Origin: Tepidiforma sp.
GTDB lineage: Bacteria > Chloroflexota > Dehalococcoidia > Tepidiformales > Tepidiformaceae
DNA: 64,000 bases
NCBI RefSeq assembly: GCF_034433535.1
Contig: NZ_DAOUAO010000122.1
Location: 5,009-69,008, forward strand
Reading direction: 5' to 3'
Shown here: in pieces, positions 37,826-46,772 of the stretch
How positions within the stretch are numbered: the first letter of the stretch is position 1
Layout: the number at the start of each line of letters is the position of its first letter
The notes under the pieces: model-generated
What the model saw: only the letters and a program-made list of their open reading frames with translations
What the model was told of the DNA's origin: nothing
Databases searched by the model: none
Made by a program: the position numbers and the translations under genes

Positions 37826-38767
37826 TCAGGCAACCGGGGCCGGGCGGGCGCAGCCGATGATCTCGGTGATGCGGGCCACGCCCTCGGCATCGCACCAGGT
37901 CTCGATACCTTCGAGCACGTCGAGCAGCGCACGGGGATTGGCGAAGGTGGCGGTGCCGACCTGCACCGCGCTGGCCCCGGCCATGAGGAATTCGAGCGCA
38001 TCTTCGGCGGTGGCGATTCCGCCGCAGCCGATGACCGGGATGCGCACTGCCGCCGCCACGTCGTACACGATGCGGAGGGCGATGGGGCGAATCGCCGGGC
38101 CGGAGAGACCGCCGCGGGCGCGCGGCAGGACGGGGCGGCGGCGGCGGATATCGATTTTCATGCCGAGGACCGTGTTGATGGCGCAGATTGCAGCGGCGCC
38201 CTCCTCCTCGCAGGCGAGCGCGAGGGCCACGGGGTCGGTCACGTTCGGGGTGAGTTTAACGATCACCGGCAGGTCGGTGTTGCGGACGGCGGCGCGGGTG
38301 GCTCGCGCGGAGGCTTCGACGCTCTGGCCGATCTCCATGCCGCCGGTATCGACATTGGGGCAGCTAATGTTCAGCTCGAGCGCTGCGATGCCGGGCACGC
38401 CATCGAGCATGCTGGCCATCTCGCCGAACTCGTCGACCGTGTCGGCGGCAATATTGACGATGACCGGCGTGTCCCAGGTCGCCCACACGGGGGCGAGCTC
38501 CTCGATGCAGCTGCGGATACCCACGTTCTGGAGGCCGATCGAGTTGAGCATGCCGGCGGGCGTCTCGGCGACACGCGGCTGGCGGTTGCCGGCCCGGGGC
38601 TCCATCGTGACGCCCTTCGAAACGACGGCGCCGAGACGGTTGATGTCGAACTCGCGGGCGAATTCGAACCCCCAGCTGAAGGTGCCGCTTGCCGGCATGA
38701 CCGGGTTGCGGAGGACAAGGCTGCGTTTGCTGCCGGGCGCGAGGTCGACGGAAAGGTCAGCGGGCAC
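37826..38767 (-). CDS. pyrD: dihydroorotate dehydrogenase, class 1 (catalytic Cys type)
   Basis: NPVMPASGTF, MLNSIGLQNVG and LELNISCPNV motifs. GTG start with no SD; no pyrK adjacent. Confidence 0.9.
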   Translation of the reverse strand: MPADLSVDLAPGSKRSLVLRNPVMPASGTFSWGFEFAREFDINRLGAVVSKGVTMEPRAGNRQPRVAETPAGMLNSIGLQNVGIRSCIEELAPVWATWDTPVIVNIAADTVDEFGEMASMLDGVPGIAALELNISCPNVDTGGMEIGQSVEASARATRAAVRNTDLPVIVKLTPNVTDPVALALACEEEGAAAICAINTVLGMKIDIRRRRPVLPRARGGLSGPAIRPIALRIVYDVAAAVRIPVIGCGGIATAEDALEFLMAGASAVQVGTATFANPRALLDVLEGIETWCDAEGVARITEIIGCARPAPVA

Positions 38768-38791
38768 GAGGCAAGTGTACAGTGAAGTGAC

Positions 38792-38817
38792 GAACGGCCG
38801 GCGGGCGCCGGCCGTTC
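38792..38817 (-). terminator. hairpin downstream of the small Cys/His protein gene
   Basis: Perfect 10-bp stem GAACGGCCGG / CCGGCCGTTC with a 6-nt loop, 22 nt after the stop at 38840 and immediately upstream of the pyrD -10-like box. Confidence 0.5.
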
Positions 38818-38839
38818 GCGATGAAGGGCTCGGGGAACG

Positions 38840-39055
38840 TCAGGAATCGCTTCGGCGGCCGCGGAAGCGCGAGCCGTTCAGGCTGAAGCTGTCGCTGTCC
38901 CACATCGGGTCTTCCGAGGAGTTGCGGAAGTCGCGGACGAGGCCGCAGCGCTTGCAGCGGCCGCTGCTGACCGCGCCATTGGGGGTCTCGATGACCCAGT
39001 GGTGGCGGCAGAGGGCCTGTCCGGCCGCCGCGGTGGTGGATTGCGCTTCTGTCAT
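38840..39055 (-). CDS. small (71 aa) Cys/His-motif protein, zinc-ribbon-like
   Basis: MTEAQSTT..ALCRHHWVIETPNGAVSSGRCKRCGLVRDF has CxHH...CxxC spacing. GGAG SD. Start trimmed to ATG 39055. Confidence 0.55.
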   Translation of the reverse strand: MTEAQSTTAAAGQALCRHHWVIETPNGAVSSGRCKRCGLVRDFRNSSEDPMWDSDSFSLNGSRFRGRRSDS

Positions 39056-39093
39056 GGGTACTCCGTCGTGAGGCTTACCGGTCGGTAATCCAG

Positions 39094-39124
39094 AGTATAC
39101 CACCGGCCGGGGGCGCGAAACCAA
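39094..39124 (-). promoter_or_regulatory. putative promoter of the small Cys/His protein gene
   Basis: Minus strand has an extended -10, TGGTATACT (39094..39102), and a weak -35, TTGGTT (39119..39124), at a 19-nt spacing. Confidence 0.35.
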
Positions 39125-39160
39125 GCTAGGCGCACCTGCCGAAATGCGCGGTAAACCGGT

Positions 39161-39189
39161 TTGGCCGCGGTCGAGAAACCCGGTACGAT
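39161..39189 (+). promoter_or_regulatory. putative promoter of the mrp-like gene
   Basis: TTGGCC-N17-TACGAT on the plus strand. Confidence 0.35.
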
Positions 39190-39275
39190 CGGTCGTGGCG
39201 GCTGGCAGCGGCCCGGCGAGAGGGATGGCGGTGCGCGAAACCAGTGGGCCAGGCGCTCAGAAAGGCACCCCGCAG

Positions 39276-40343
39276 ATGACTTCAGCACCTGCAGTTGAAC
39301 GTGACGCGGTCCTGGCGGCCCTCGACGGGGTCCAGGACCCGGAGCTCCATGCCTCGATCGTGAGGCTCGGCATGGTGAAGGACCTCGAGGTGGACGGCTC
39401 GACGGTCCGGCTCACCGTCGAACTGACCACGCCGGCGTGTCCCCTGCGCGAGACCATCGACCGCGACGTCCGCGCAGCGCTTTCGAGCGTTCCCGGCGTC
39501 GGCGACGTGGAGATCACCTGGGGCGCCCAGGTACGGGCTTCGAACCCGCGCGAGGGGCAGAAGCCGATCCCGGGCGTGCGCAACATCATCGCGGTGGCTT
39601 CGAACAAGGGCGGTGTCGGCAAATCGACCGTGGCCTCGAACATCGCGGTGGCGCTGGCGAAGGCGGGCGCGAGCGTCGGCCTGGTCGACGCCGATATTAC
39701 CGGGCCAAACCTGCCGACCATGTTCGGGCTGCCCGCCGGGCTGCAGGCGGGTTCGAGCGAGGGGCTGAAGCCGGTCGAACGGTATGGGGTTCGCGTCATC
39801 TCCATCGGGTTCCTGCTGCCCAGGGGGACTCCGGTGGTCTGGCGCGGGCCGATGATCGGCAGCGCGGTGCGCCAGCTGCTCCACGATGTGCCCTGGGGCG
39901 AGATCGACTACCTGGTCATCGACCTGCCGCCGGGCACGAGCGACGCCTCGATGAGCATGGCCCAGGATGCGCCCATCACCGGCGTGGTGATCGTCTCGAG
40001 CCCGCAGGAGGTCTCGGTGGAGGATGCGATGAAGGCGGTGGCGATGTTCGAGAAGCTGGGCGTGCCGGTCTTCGGGATGATCGAGAACCTGAGCTACTTC
40101 ATCGCGCCGGACACCGGCAAGCGGTACGACATTTTCGGCCACGGCGGGGCGCGCCAGGCGGCCGATGAACTGGGCATCGACTTCCTCGGCGAAATTCCGA
40201 TCGAGCCGGCCGTTCGCGAGGGCGCCGATAAAGGCGTCCCGATCGTCTACGGCGCCCCCGAATCGGAATCAGCGAGGGCCATCGACCGGATCGCACGCAA
40301 CATTGCGGCCCGGATCAGTGTTCTGCAAAGGATGGGCGGGTAA
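39276..40343 (+). CDS. mrp: Mrp/ApbC-type Fe-S cluster carrier ATPase with N-terminal DUF59/MIP18 domain
   Basis: DPELHASIVRLGMVKDLEV (DUF59), deviant Walker A VASNKGGVGKSTVASN, and the CxxC-less ParA/MinD fold. The start is uncertain: in-frame ATGs at 39144 and 39225 are alternatives. Confidence 0.85.
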   Translation: MTSAPAVERDAVLAALDGVQDPELHASIVRLGMVKDLEVDGSTVRLTVELTTPACPLRETIDRDVRAALSSVPGVGDVEITWGAQVRASNPREGQKPIPGVRNIIAVASNKGGVGKSTVASNIAVALAKAGASVGLVDADITGPNLPTMFGLPAGLQAGSSEGLKPVERYGVRVISIGFLLPRGTPVVWRGPMIGSAVRQLLHDVPWGEIDYLVIDLPPGTSDASMSMAQDAPITGVVIVSSPQEVSVEDAMKAVAMFEKLGVPVFGMIENLSYFIAPDTGKRYDIFGHGGARQAADELGIDFLGEIPIEPAVREGADKGVPIVYGAPESESARAIDRIARNIAARISVLQRMGG

Positions 40344-40358
40344 CCCGCAAACCTACGC

Positions 40359-41483
40359 ATGGTCTTGAACATCTTTCCGCGGCGGGAACGTCCTGCCGCA
40401 CCAGTGACTGAACCCACCCCGGCGCCGCCGGAGCCGGCGCCAGAAGCGCTTGACGACCCGCGCCCGCGGCGCCGCCGCAGCCCGCGGCGGGCCGCCCCGG
40501 AAACCGAATCCACGACAGCTGCGGAGGATTCGACCGTTCCTGAGACGGCACCGGCCGCTGAATCCGCACCCGCCCCGGAGCCGGCACCAGCACGTCGGCG
40601 GAGATCGCGGGTCGCGGCGATCGCGGCCCAGCCTGAACCCCCGGCGGAGCCCGAGAGCGCCGCGGCCGCTCCTCCGCCAGCAGCGCAGACCCGGCCGGGT
40701 GACCGCTCGCCGCGGCGCGGTCCAGCGCGGGCAGCCCGGGAAGCGGAACCGAAGCCCGACGCCAGTCCGGCGGCAGTCGCCGAGCCCCCTGTGCCCGCTG
40801 AACGCACGAGGCCCGCGCCGGCAGTGCCCGCCGAACGGCAGGTGGCCGTGCTCACGGCGGAGCTGGCCAGCCTGACGCGGACGCTCGAGGTGCAGGCCGC
40901 GCAGATTGCCCAGCTGGTGCGTGTCCAGGAAGAGCTGGCGCGCAAGGTGGCGCAGGCGAGCGCCCAAGCCCCGGCGGCGAGCCAGCCGCCCGCCCTGGCG
41001 CGGGTCGGCGTGTTCGTCGATGCTGCGAACATTGAGCTCGCGTGCGACCGCCTCCGTCACCGGGTCGACTGGAAGAAGATGCTCGACTACCTGACCGAGG
41101 GCCGGCAGCTGGTGCGGGCGGTGGCCTACTCGCCAGTCCACGACGACCCGGGAGTGAGCCTCGAAACTCAGCGCTTCGCCGAGCCGTTCCTCGAGAAGGG
41201 GTACCGGGTGGTGACCAAGCCGCTGCGGCGGTTCTCGGACGGGACGATCAAGGCGAACGTCGATATTGAGATGGCGCTCGACATCCTCGAGATGCTCGAC
41301 CGCCTCGACGTGGTCGTGCTCGTCTCCGGCGACGGGGACTTCCAGCGGCTTGTCGAAGTGATCCAGTCCAAGGGCGTGCGGGTCGAGGTCGTCTCGGTCG
41401 GTTCGAGCACGGCATCGAACCTGCGCCAGGCCGCGGACCGCTTCATCGACATCCAGTCGATCCTGCAGCGCGTCCGCGCCTGA
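40359..41483 (+). CDS. NYN/LabA-like nuclease-domain protein with long disordered Arg/Pro/Ala N-terminus and a coiled coil
   Basis: C-terminal VGVFVDAANIELA..VVVLVSGDGDFQRLVEVIQSKGVRVEVVSV matches the NYN (DUF88/LabA) fold. The first ~200 aa are low complexity with two RRRRS patches, followed by the heptad-like LTAELASLTRTLEVQAAQIAQLVRVQEELARKV. Confidence 0.8.
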   Translation: MVLNIFPRRERPAAPVTEPTPAPPEPAPEALDDPRPRRRRSPRRAAPETESTTAAEDSTVPETAPAAESAPAPEPAPARRRRSRVAAIAAQPEPPAEPESAAAAPPPAAQTRPGDRSPRRGPARAAREAEPKPDASPAAVAEPPVPAERTRPAPAVPAERQVAVLTAELASLTRTLEVQAAQIAQLVRVQEELARKVAQASAQAPAASQPPALARVGVFVDAANIELACDRLRHRVDWKKMLDYLTEGRQLVRAVAYSPVHDDPGVSLETQRFAEPFLEKGYRVVTKPLRRFSDGTIKANVDIEMALDILEMLDRLDVVVLVSGDGDFQRLVEVIQSKGVRVEVVSVGSSTASNLRQAADRFIDIQSILQRVRA

Positions 41484-41509
41484 GGCTGGAGGTACACGAC
41501 GGCGGAAAT

Positions 41510-41535
41510 GGGGCCCGGCCTCCCGGCCGGGCCCC
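41510..41535. terminator. bidirectional hairpin between convergent NYN gene and DUF35 gene
   Basis: Perfect 11-bp stem GGGGCCCGGCC / GGCCGGGCCCC with the 4-nt loop TCCC. Confidence 0.65.
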
Positions 41536-41541
41536 TTCGCA

Positions 41542-41949
41542 TCAGATCGGCGTGAAAACCGGGATGGAGATGCCGGTCGACTGGTCGAGCCAGGTGACGC
41601 GGACACGCTGGCCGATGTAGATGTCCTTCGTGGGGTCTTCCACGCCAACGATGTTGGTCAGCATGCGGAAGCCCTCGTCGAGGTCGACGTAGGCAACGGC
41701 GTACGGGCCGAGGTTGGCGAACGCCGGGTGCCGATTGAGGCGGACGACGCTGAAGGTGTAGACCGTGCCCTCGCCCTTCGACTCGCGCCATTCGAGGTTC
41801 GAAGAGCCGTTCTTCGGGTTATGGCGGCGCGGGAAGAAGACCACGTCGCCGGTGTCGCGGTCGACCTGGTAGAGGAGGCGGTGCTCTTTGGTTGCCTCCC
41901 AGAAGGGCTGGGTATCGGGTTCAGGGAAGCGTGGCTGTGGCCGGTCCAT
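41542..41949 (-). CDS. DUF35 OB-fold (Zn-ribbon/OB) protein, thiolase partner
   Basis: PFWEATKEHRLLYQ..GTVYTFSVV..YAVAYVDLDEGFRMLTNI matches the DUF35 layout. ATG 41949 preferred (GAGGGA 7 nt upstream) over the track's TTG 41955. Confidence 0.8.
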   Translation of the reverse strand: MDRPQPRFPEPDTQPFWEATKEHRLLYQVDRDTGDVVFFPRRHNPKNGSSNLEWRESKGEGTVYTFSVVRLNRHPAFANLGPYAVAYVDLDEGFRMLTNIVGVEDPTKDIYIGQRVRVTWLDQSTGISIPVFTPI

Positions 41950-41951
41950 GG

Positions 41952-43145
41952 TCAATCCCTCGCGAGTACGATCGTGCCGCCGGTGTGGCTGGTGGCGAGC
42001 ATGCCGCCGTTGCCATGGGCAACGGCGAGGCGGGCATCCTTGACCTGGGAGGTCGACTCCCCGCGAAGCTGTCGGGTGGACTCGATGAGCAGGAAGATGC
42101 CGCGCATGCCCGGGTGGTTCGAGCTGAGGCCGCCGCCGTCGGTGTTCAGGGCCGGCTTGAGCGGGCTATCGAAGCGGAGGCGCTGCTCCGAGACGAAGGC
42201 GCCGCCTTCGCCCTTTTTGCAGAAGCCGAGGTCTTCCAGCATCACCAGGACGGTGATGGTGAACGAGTCGTAGATCATCGCGACGTCGATCTCGTCGGGC
42301 CGGACGTCGGCCTCGGCCCAGGCGCGGGGACCGGACTGCGCTGCGGCGCTGACGGTGATATCGCTGCCGTTTTCGGAGTAACTGGTGGCCTCGCCGGCGC
42401 CGATGATCCAGACCGGCTTCTTGCGGCAATCCCGGGCCACCTCCGGAGCGGCGATCACCACGGCGCCGCCGCCATCGGACACCATGCAGCAATCGAGCAG
42501 GTGGAGCGGGTCGGCGATCATGCGGGAATTCAGGACGTCGTCGACGGTGATCTCGTTGACGCCCACGAATTCGAGGTCGGTCATGGCCTGGACCGCTTCG
42601 GGGTTGCGCATGGCGTGGGCGCGGGTGGCGACGGCGATGCGGGCGAGCTGCTCGCTGGTGGTGCCGTACTGGTGCATGTGGCGCCGGGCGACCATGGCGT
42701 AATTGGAAATCAGCGTCATGCCGTAGGGGTCGGTCATGTTCGAAAGCGGGCTCGGGGCGCCGCCACCACCGCCCCCCATCGTCCCGATGCGGCGGGCGTC
42801 GCTGTGGGCGGTGGAGCCATAAGTGAGCAGGGCAACCTTGCAGCGGCCGGCGGCGATGTCGCGCTTCGCGTGGGCGGCGTGGAATTCGTAGGAGCTGCCG
42901 CCCACTGCCGTGGTGTCGATCACGTTCGGGCGAAAGCCGAAGTACTCCGCGAGGCTCAGGCCGGCCATCCCGGCGCCATCCTGGGCGTCGTAGAGGCCAT
43001 CGACGTCCTTCCAGCTGAGGCCGGCATCTTCGAGGGCACGCGCCGCGCACTCGGCCTTGATCTGGAGCGGAGTGACGCCGGGGGCTTTGCGCTTTGGGTA
43101 TTCGTAGATGCCGACGATGGCGGCATCCCTGCGCTGGCTGACCAT
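41952..43145 (-). CDS. thiolase-fold protein, SCP-x / lipid-transfer type
   Basis: Thiolase N- and C-domains (DAAIVGIYEYP.., ..VSDGGGAVVI.., AVAHGNGGMLA). Typical pairing with a downstream DUF35 gene. Confidence 0.85.
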   Translation of the reverse strand: MVSQRRDAAIVGIYEYPKRKAPGVTPLQIKAECAARALEDAGLSWKDVDGLYDAQDGAGMAGLSLAEYFGFRPNVIDTTAVGGSSYEFHAAHAKRDIAAGRCKVALLTYGSTAHSDARRIGTMGGGGGGAPSPLSNMTDPYGMTLISNYAMVARRHMHQYGTTSEQLARIAVATRAHAMRNPEAVQAMTDLEFVGVNEITVDDVLNSRMIADPLHLLDCCMVSDGGGAVVIAAPEVARDCRKKPVWIIGAGEATSYSENGSDITVSAAAQSGPRAWAEADVRPDEIDVAMIYDSFTITVLVMLEDLGFCKKGEGGAFVSEQRLRFDSPLKPALNTDGGGLSSNHPGMRGIFLLIESTRQLRGESTSQVKDARLAVAHGNGGMLATSHTGGTIVLARD

Positions 43146-43269
43146 GAACTGCTCCTGCGTGGTTCGAGGGAATCGAATGGTGCTTGCGCTGCGGGACTCT
43201 ACGGACGGCCGGGAGCGCCGTCAAACGCGGGGGACACCCGGCGGACGAATCTGCTAGCGTTCCGCGGCG

Positions 43270-45582
43270 ATGGTGCTCATCGTTGCGGGAGCGGCCTGGC
43301 TGGCGGGGTTGTTCCCGGTCGCAGCGTGGGGGGCGCCGTGGTGGATGGGATCGCTCTGGACCGGGTGTGCGGCAACGGGGGTGCTCGCACGGCATCCCCA
43401 GCGGTGGCGACTGGCTGCTGCGGGCGTGGTGCTGGCGGGAGCCGCGGGCTGGCGGATGGACGCGGCGCTCGGGCGAGACCCGGCCGCCGTCGCCAGCTTC
43501 CTCGGCCGGGAGGTCGTGATCTGGGGGACGGTGGTCTCTGAACCCGACCAGGGCGACCTTTCGACCAGTTATGACATCCGGGTTGACCGCCTCGAAGCGG
43601 ATGGAGAAGCGGTGACGGACGCCGGGGCCATCCGGGCGACGCTCGGGCAGTACACCGAGCTGCTCCCGGGGGACCGCGTTCGGCTGGAAGGTGACCTCGA
43701 GCCGGCGCCGGTCTTCGATGGCTTCGACTACCGGGCGTACCTCCAGCGCCGGGGCATCGCAGGGACGATGCTCTACCCGCGCGTGGAGCTCGAGGAGGGA
43801 GGCGGACCCTCGCCGGGCCGGGTGCTGACGGAAATGCGCCTCGCCCTCGATGGAGCGCTCCAGCGGGCCCTTCCGGAGCCCGAGGCGTCGCTCGGCGCCG
43901 GCATCGCCTTCGGGCGGGACGACGGGCTCTCGCGGGACCTCAAGGCCGCGTTCAACGAGAGCGGCCTGCGGCACCTGGTCGCGGTCTCCGGTTCGAATCT
44001 GGTGCTGGTGTCAGCCGTCGGGACGGCGCTGGCCGTGGCGACCGTGGGCCGCCGGTGGGCGTTGCTGCCGGCGGGGCTCCTGCTGGCGCTGTACGTGCTG
44101 CTGGCGGGTTTCGAACCGAGCGTCGTGCGGGCCGCGATCATGGCCGCGGTGCTGCTGGGGGGAGAACTGGTCGGGCGGCCGCAGGCGGGCATGCCGGCGC
44201 TCGCGCTGGCGGCGATTGTTATGACCGGGTTGGAGCCGGGCCTGATGCTGGATGCAGGGTTCCAGCTCAGCGTGTCGGCGACTGCCGGACTGCTGGCGTT
44301 CGGCGGCTGGTTCCGGGCAGGGTTCGAGAAAGTGCGCCGCACCGGACCGGGCGAGTGGCTGCCCGGCTGGGTTGGAGAGGTTGCGGCCATTTCGTGCGCC
44401 GCGACGCTGGCCACGCTGCCAATCCAGTGGGCCCAGTTCGACCGGGTGTCGCTCATCGGGCCGCTGGCGAACGTCGCGGTCCAGCCGGCGGTGGTGCTGG
44501 CGTTCTGGGCGAGCCTGCTGACGGCGCTACTGGGAGCGGTTTCGCCCGGGCTCGGCTGGCTGGCCGGGCTTGCGGCGTACTACCCGCTCCGCTACGTGGT
44601 CGAGGCGGCAGAATGGGCCGCATCGGTGCCGGGGGCGAGCGCGGCGCCGGAAACGGCCGGCGGCTGGCTGCCGCTGACGGCGGGAGCGGTGGTTGCGGCA
44701 GCCGGGTGGCTGGCATATGCGCGGCTGGCACCTGTCGAGGCGCCGTCCCGGCGGGCGGAGTCGCGCGCGAAGGCCGGGCAGCGGCTCCTGGCGGGCGGCG
44801 CGCTGGCGGCGCTGGCTGTCGTGGTGGTCAGCGGTATGGGGCGCGAGGAAGGCCTGCGCATCGACGTGCTCGATGTCGGGCAGGGCGACGCCATCCTGTT
44901 GACCACGCCCGCGGGCCGGCAGGTGCTGGTCGATGGCGGTCCCAGCGGCCTCCGGCTGGCGCGGGAGCTGGGGGCGGTGATGCCCCACTGGGACCGCTCG
45001 ATCGAGCTGGTCATCATCAGCCACCCGCAGGAGGACCACATCGGGGGGCTCCCGGCGCTGGCGGAGCGCTTCCGGGTCGGTCCGGCGGTTTCCAACGGTG
45101 ACAGCAACCGGACTGCGACTGCGGCGCTAACTGCGCAGCGATTCGAGGCGGTCACCGCGGGCGCCGGCGATTCGTTCGAGCTCGATGGCGTGGTGTTCCG
45201 GGTTCTCTGGCCGCGGCAAGGCGACGACGGAGACCTGAACGAGCGGTCGCTCGTGATCGAAGTGAGCTACGAAGGCACCGCCATCCTGCTGACCGGGGAT
45301 ATCGAGGCCGGGGCGCAGCAGGTGCTCGCGGAGGCGGTGGCCGGCAGGGTGGATATCCTGAAGGTGCCGCACCACGGCTCCCGGACGAGCGACCCCAATT
45401 TCCTGCGCCAGACGGGGGCGCGCGTGGCCGTGATCAGCGTCGGCGCGGGCAATCGCTATGGGCACCCGCACCCGAACACACTGGCCGCGCTGGAGGGCGC
45501 CGCCGTCTTTCGCACCGACCTCGATGGCCGCATCACCATCCGGGTGCATGATGGCGAGGTGCGCGTCGCCACACAGCGGTAG
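43270..45582 (+). CDS. comEC: DNA internalization-related competence protein ComEC/Rec2
   Basis: Multi-TM competence domain ([14 protein letters not shown]) and a C-terminal MBL domain ([31 protein letters not shown]). Confidence 0.88.
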   Translation: MVLIVAGAAWLAGLFPVAAWGAPWWMGSLWTGCAATGVLARHPQRWRLAAAGVVLAGAAGWRMDAALGRDPAAVASFLGREVVIWGTVVSEPDQGDLSTSYDIRVDRLEADGEAVTDAGAIRATLGQYTELLPGDRVRLEGDLEPAPVFDGFDYRAYLQRRGIAGTMLYPRVELEEGGGPSPGRVLTEMRLALDGALQRALPEPEASLGAGIAFGRDDGLSRDLKAAFNESGLRHLVAVSGSNLVLVSAVGTALAVATVGRRWALLPAGLLLALYVLLAGFEPSVVRAAIMAAVLLGGELVGRPQAGMPALALAAIVMTGLEPGLMLDAGFQLSVSATAGLLAFGGWFRAGFEKVRRTGPGEWLPGWVGEVAAISCAATLATLPIQWAQFDRVSLIGPLANVAVQPAVVLAFWASLLTALLGAVSPGLGWLAGLAAYYPLRYVVEAAEWAASVPGASAAPETAGGWLPLTAGAVVAAAGWLAYARLAPVEAPSRRAESRAKAGQRLLAGGALAALAVVVVSGMGREEGLRIDVLDVGQGDAILLTTPAGRQVLVDGGPSGLRLARELGAVMPHWDRSIELVIISHPQEDHIGGLPALAERFRVGPAVSNGDSNRTATAALTAQRFEAVTAGAGDSFELDGVVFRVLWPRQGDDGDLNERSLVIEVSYEGTAILLTGDIEAGAQQVLAEAVAGRVDILKVPHHGSRTSDPNFLRQTGARVAVISVGAGNRYGHPHPNTLAALEGAAVFRTDLDGRITIRVHDGEVRVATQR

Positions 45583-45653
45583 CGCATTTGAGCAGGACCG
45601 TGAGGGCCGGTACCCTCGCAACGACCTACCCCGTACACCCCGGAGCAATCCCG

Positions 45654-46382
45654 ATGACCACCCGAATCGACGGGCGTGCGCCCGACCAGCTGCGCCCGGT
45701 GCACCTCGCCGTGAATGTGCTCGACTTCGCCGAGGGCAGCTGCCTGGTGGAGTTCGGGCGAACCCGCGTCCTCTGCGCGGCCAGCGTCGAAGACCGCCAG
45801 CCGCCGTTCCTCCGGGGCACCCAGAGCGGCTGGGTGACGGCCGAATACGCGATGCTCCCGCGGGCGACCCACACCCGCAGCCAGCGCGAGGTGGAGCGCG
45901 GCCGGCCGGGGGGGCGCACCCAGGAGATCCAGCGCCTGATCGGCAGATCGCTGCGGGGGGTGGTCGACCTCGAGCTGCTGGGGCCGCGCACGATCACGCT
46001 CGACTGCGATGTGCTGCAGGCGGACGGCGGAACCCGCACGGCTTCGATCACCGGCGCCTACGTGGCGCTGAAGCTCGCCGTCGCGAAGCTGGCCCGCAGC
46101 GGGCTGGTGTCGGAGGCGTGCGTGGTTTCGCCGGTGGCTGCGGTCTCGGTCGGCATTGTGCAGGGCGTGCCGCTGCTCGACCTGTGCTACGAGGAGGATT
46201 CGACCGCCGAGGTCGATTTCAACGTGGTCATGACCGGCGAGGACGCGTTCGTGGAAGTGCAGGGAACCGCGGAGGGCAAGCCGTTCAGCCGGGCAGCGAT
46301 GGACGGGCTGCTCGACCTTGCGAAGCGCGGCATCCTGGAGCTGTTCGAACGGCAGCGCGCGGCGCTCGAAGGCGCCAGTTAG
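45654..46382 (+). CDS. rph: ribonuclease PH
   Basis: [24 protein letters not shown] and [23 protein letters not shown]. Start trimmed to ATG 45654. Confidence 0.93.
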   Translation: MTTRIDGRAPDQLRPVHLAVNVLDFAEGSCLVEFGRTRVLCAASVEDRQPPFLRGTQSGWVTAEYAMLPRATHTRSQREVERGRPGGRTQEIQRLIGRSLRGVVDLELLGPRTITLDCDVLQADGGTRTASITGAYVALKLAVAKLARSGLVSEACVVSPVAAVSVGIVQGVPLLDLCYEEDSTAEVDFNVVMTGEDAFVEVQGTAEGKPFSRAAMDGLLDLAKRGILELFERQRAALEGAS

Positions 46383-46711
46383 CCCACGTAGTGCCCGAGG
46401 AAGGTGCCGCCGAGGATGTGCAGGTGGCCGTGCTCCTGGCTCTGCATGGCGTCGTAGCCGAAGTTCGAAAGCAGGCGGAATCCGCCGGGGCAGAGCTGCT
46501 GGCCGATCGCCGTTGCGATGGGGGCAACCTTGCCCATGTGGTAGGTCCAGAGTTCGGCCTGGGTGGTGTGCTGCTTCGTCATCGCCAGGAGCATCACAGG
46601 AACCCAGCGCAGGATATTCTGAATGACGATAATCTCGTCATCCTCGTAGATGATGTTCGCGGGCTCTCGGCCCGCGACAATGTTGCAAAAGACGCAGTAT
46701 GTTGGCGGCAT
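46379..46711 (-). CDS. HIT family protein
   Basis: [21 protein letters not shown] and the histidine triad HGHLHILGG. Start trimmed to ATG 46711. Confidence 0.85.
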   Translation of the reverse strand: MPPTYCVFCNIVAGREPANIIYEDDEIIVIQNILRWVPVMLLAMTKQHTTQAELWTYHMGKVAPIATAIGQQLCPGGFRLLSNFGYDAMQSQEHGHLHILGGTFLGHYVG

Positions 46712-46772
46712 GGGGATTCGGATCTTACCGGTCCGGGGCAGCCCCAAACAAACGACAGACCCTGGAGCTTCG

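Noticed and set aside
40380-40830. Repetitive-looking GC-rich DNA (recurring CCGGAGCCGGC.CCAG-like units) that might be a tandem repeat or degenerate array.
   Set aside because: The units are imperfect and irregularly spaced. They are in frame with the NYN gene, encoding PAPE/AAPE low-complexity protein sequence, so this is not a CRISPR or satellite.
42166-43974. 602-aa minus-strand ORF, and similar long frames at 46725..48566 (-), 48680..50578 (+), 40353..41648 (-) and 17198..18382 (-).
   Set aside because: All are out-of-frame or antisense shadows of genes with strong family signatures (thiolase/comEC, DUF1015/RR, HK, NYN, htrA). All have Arg/Pro/Gly-dominated translations.
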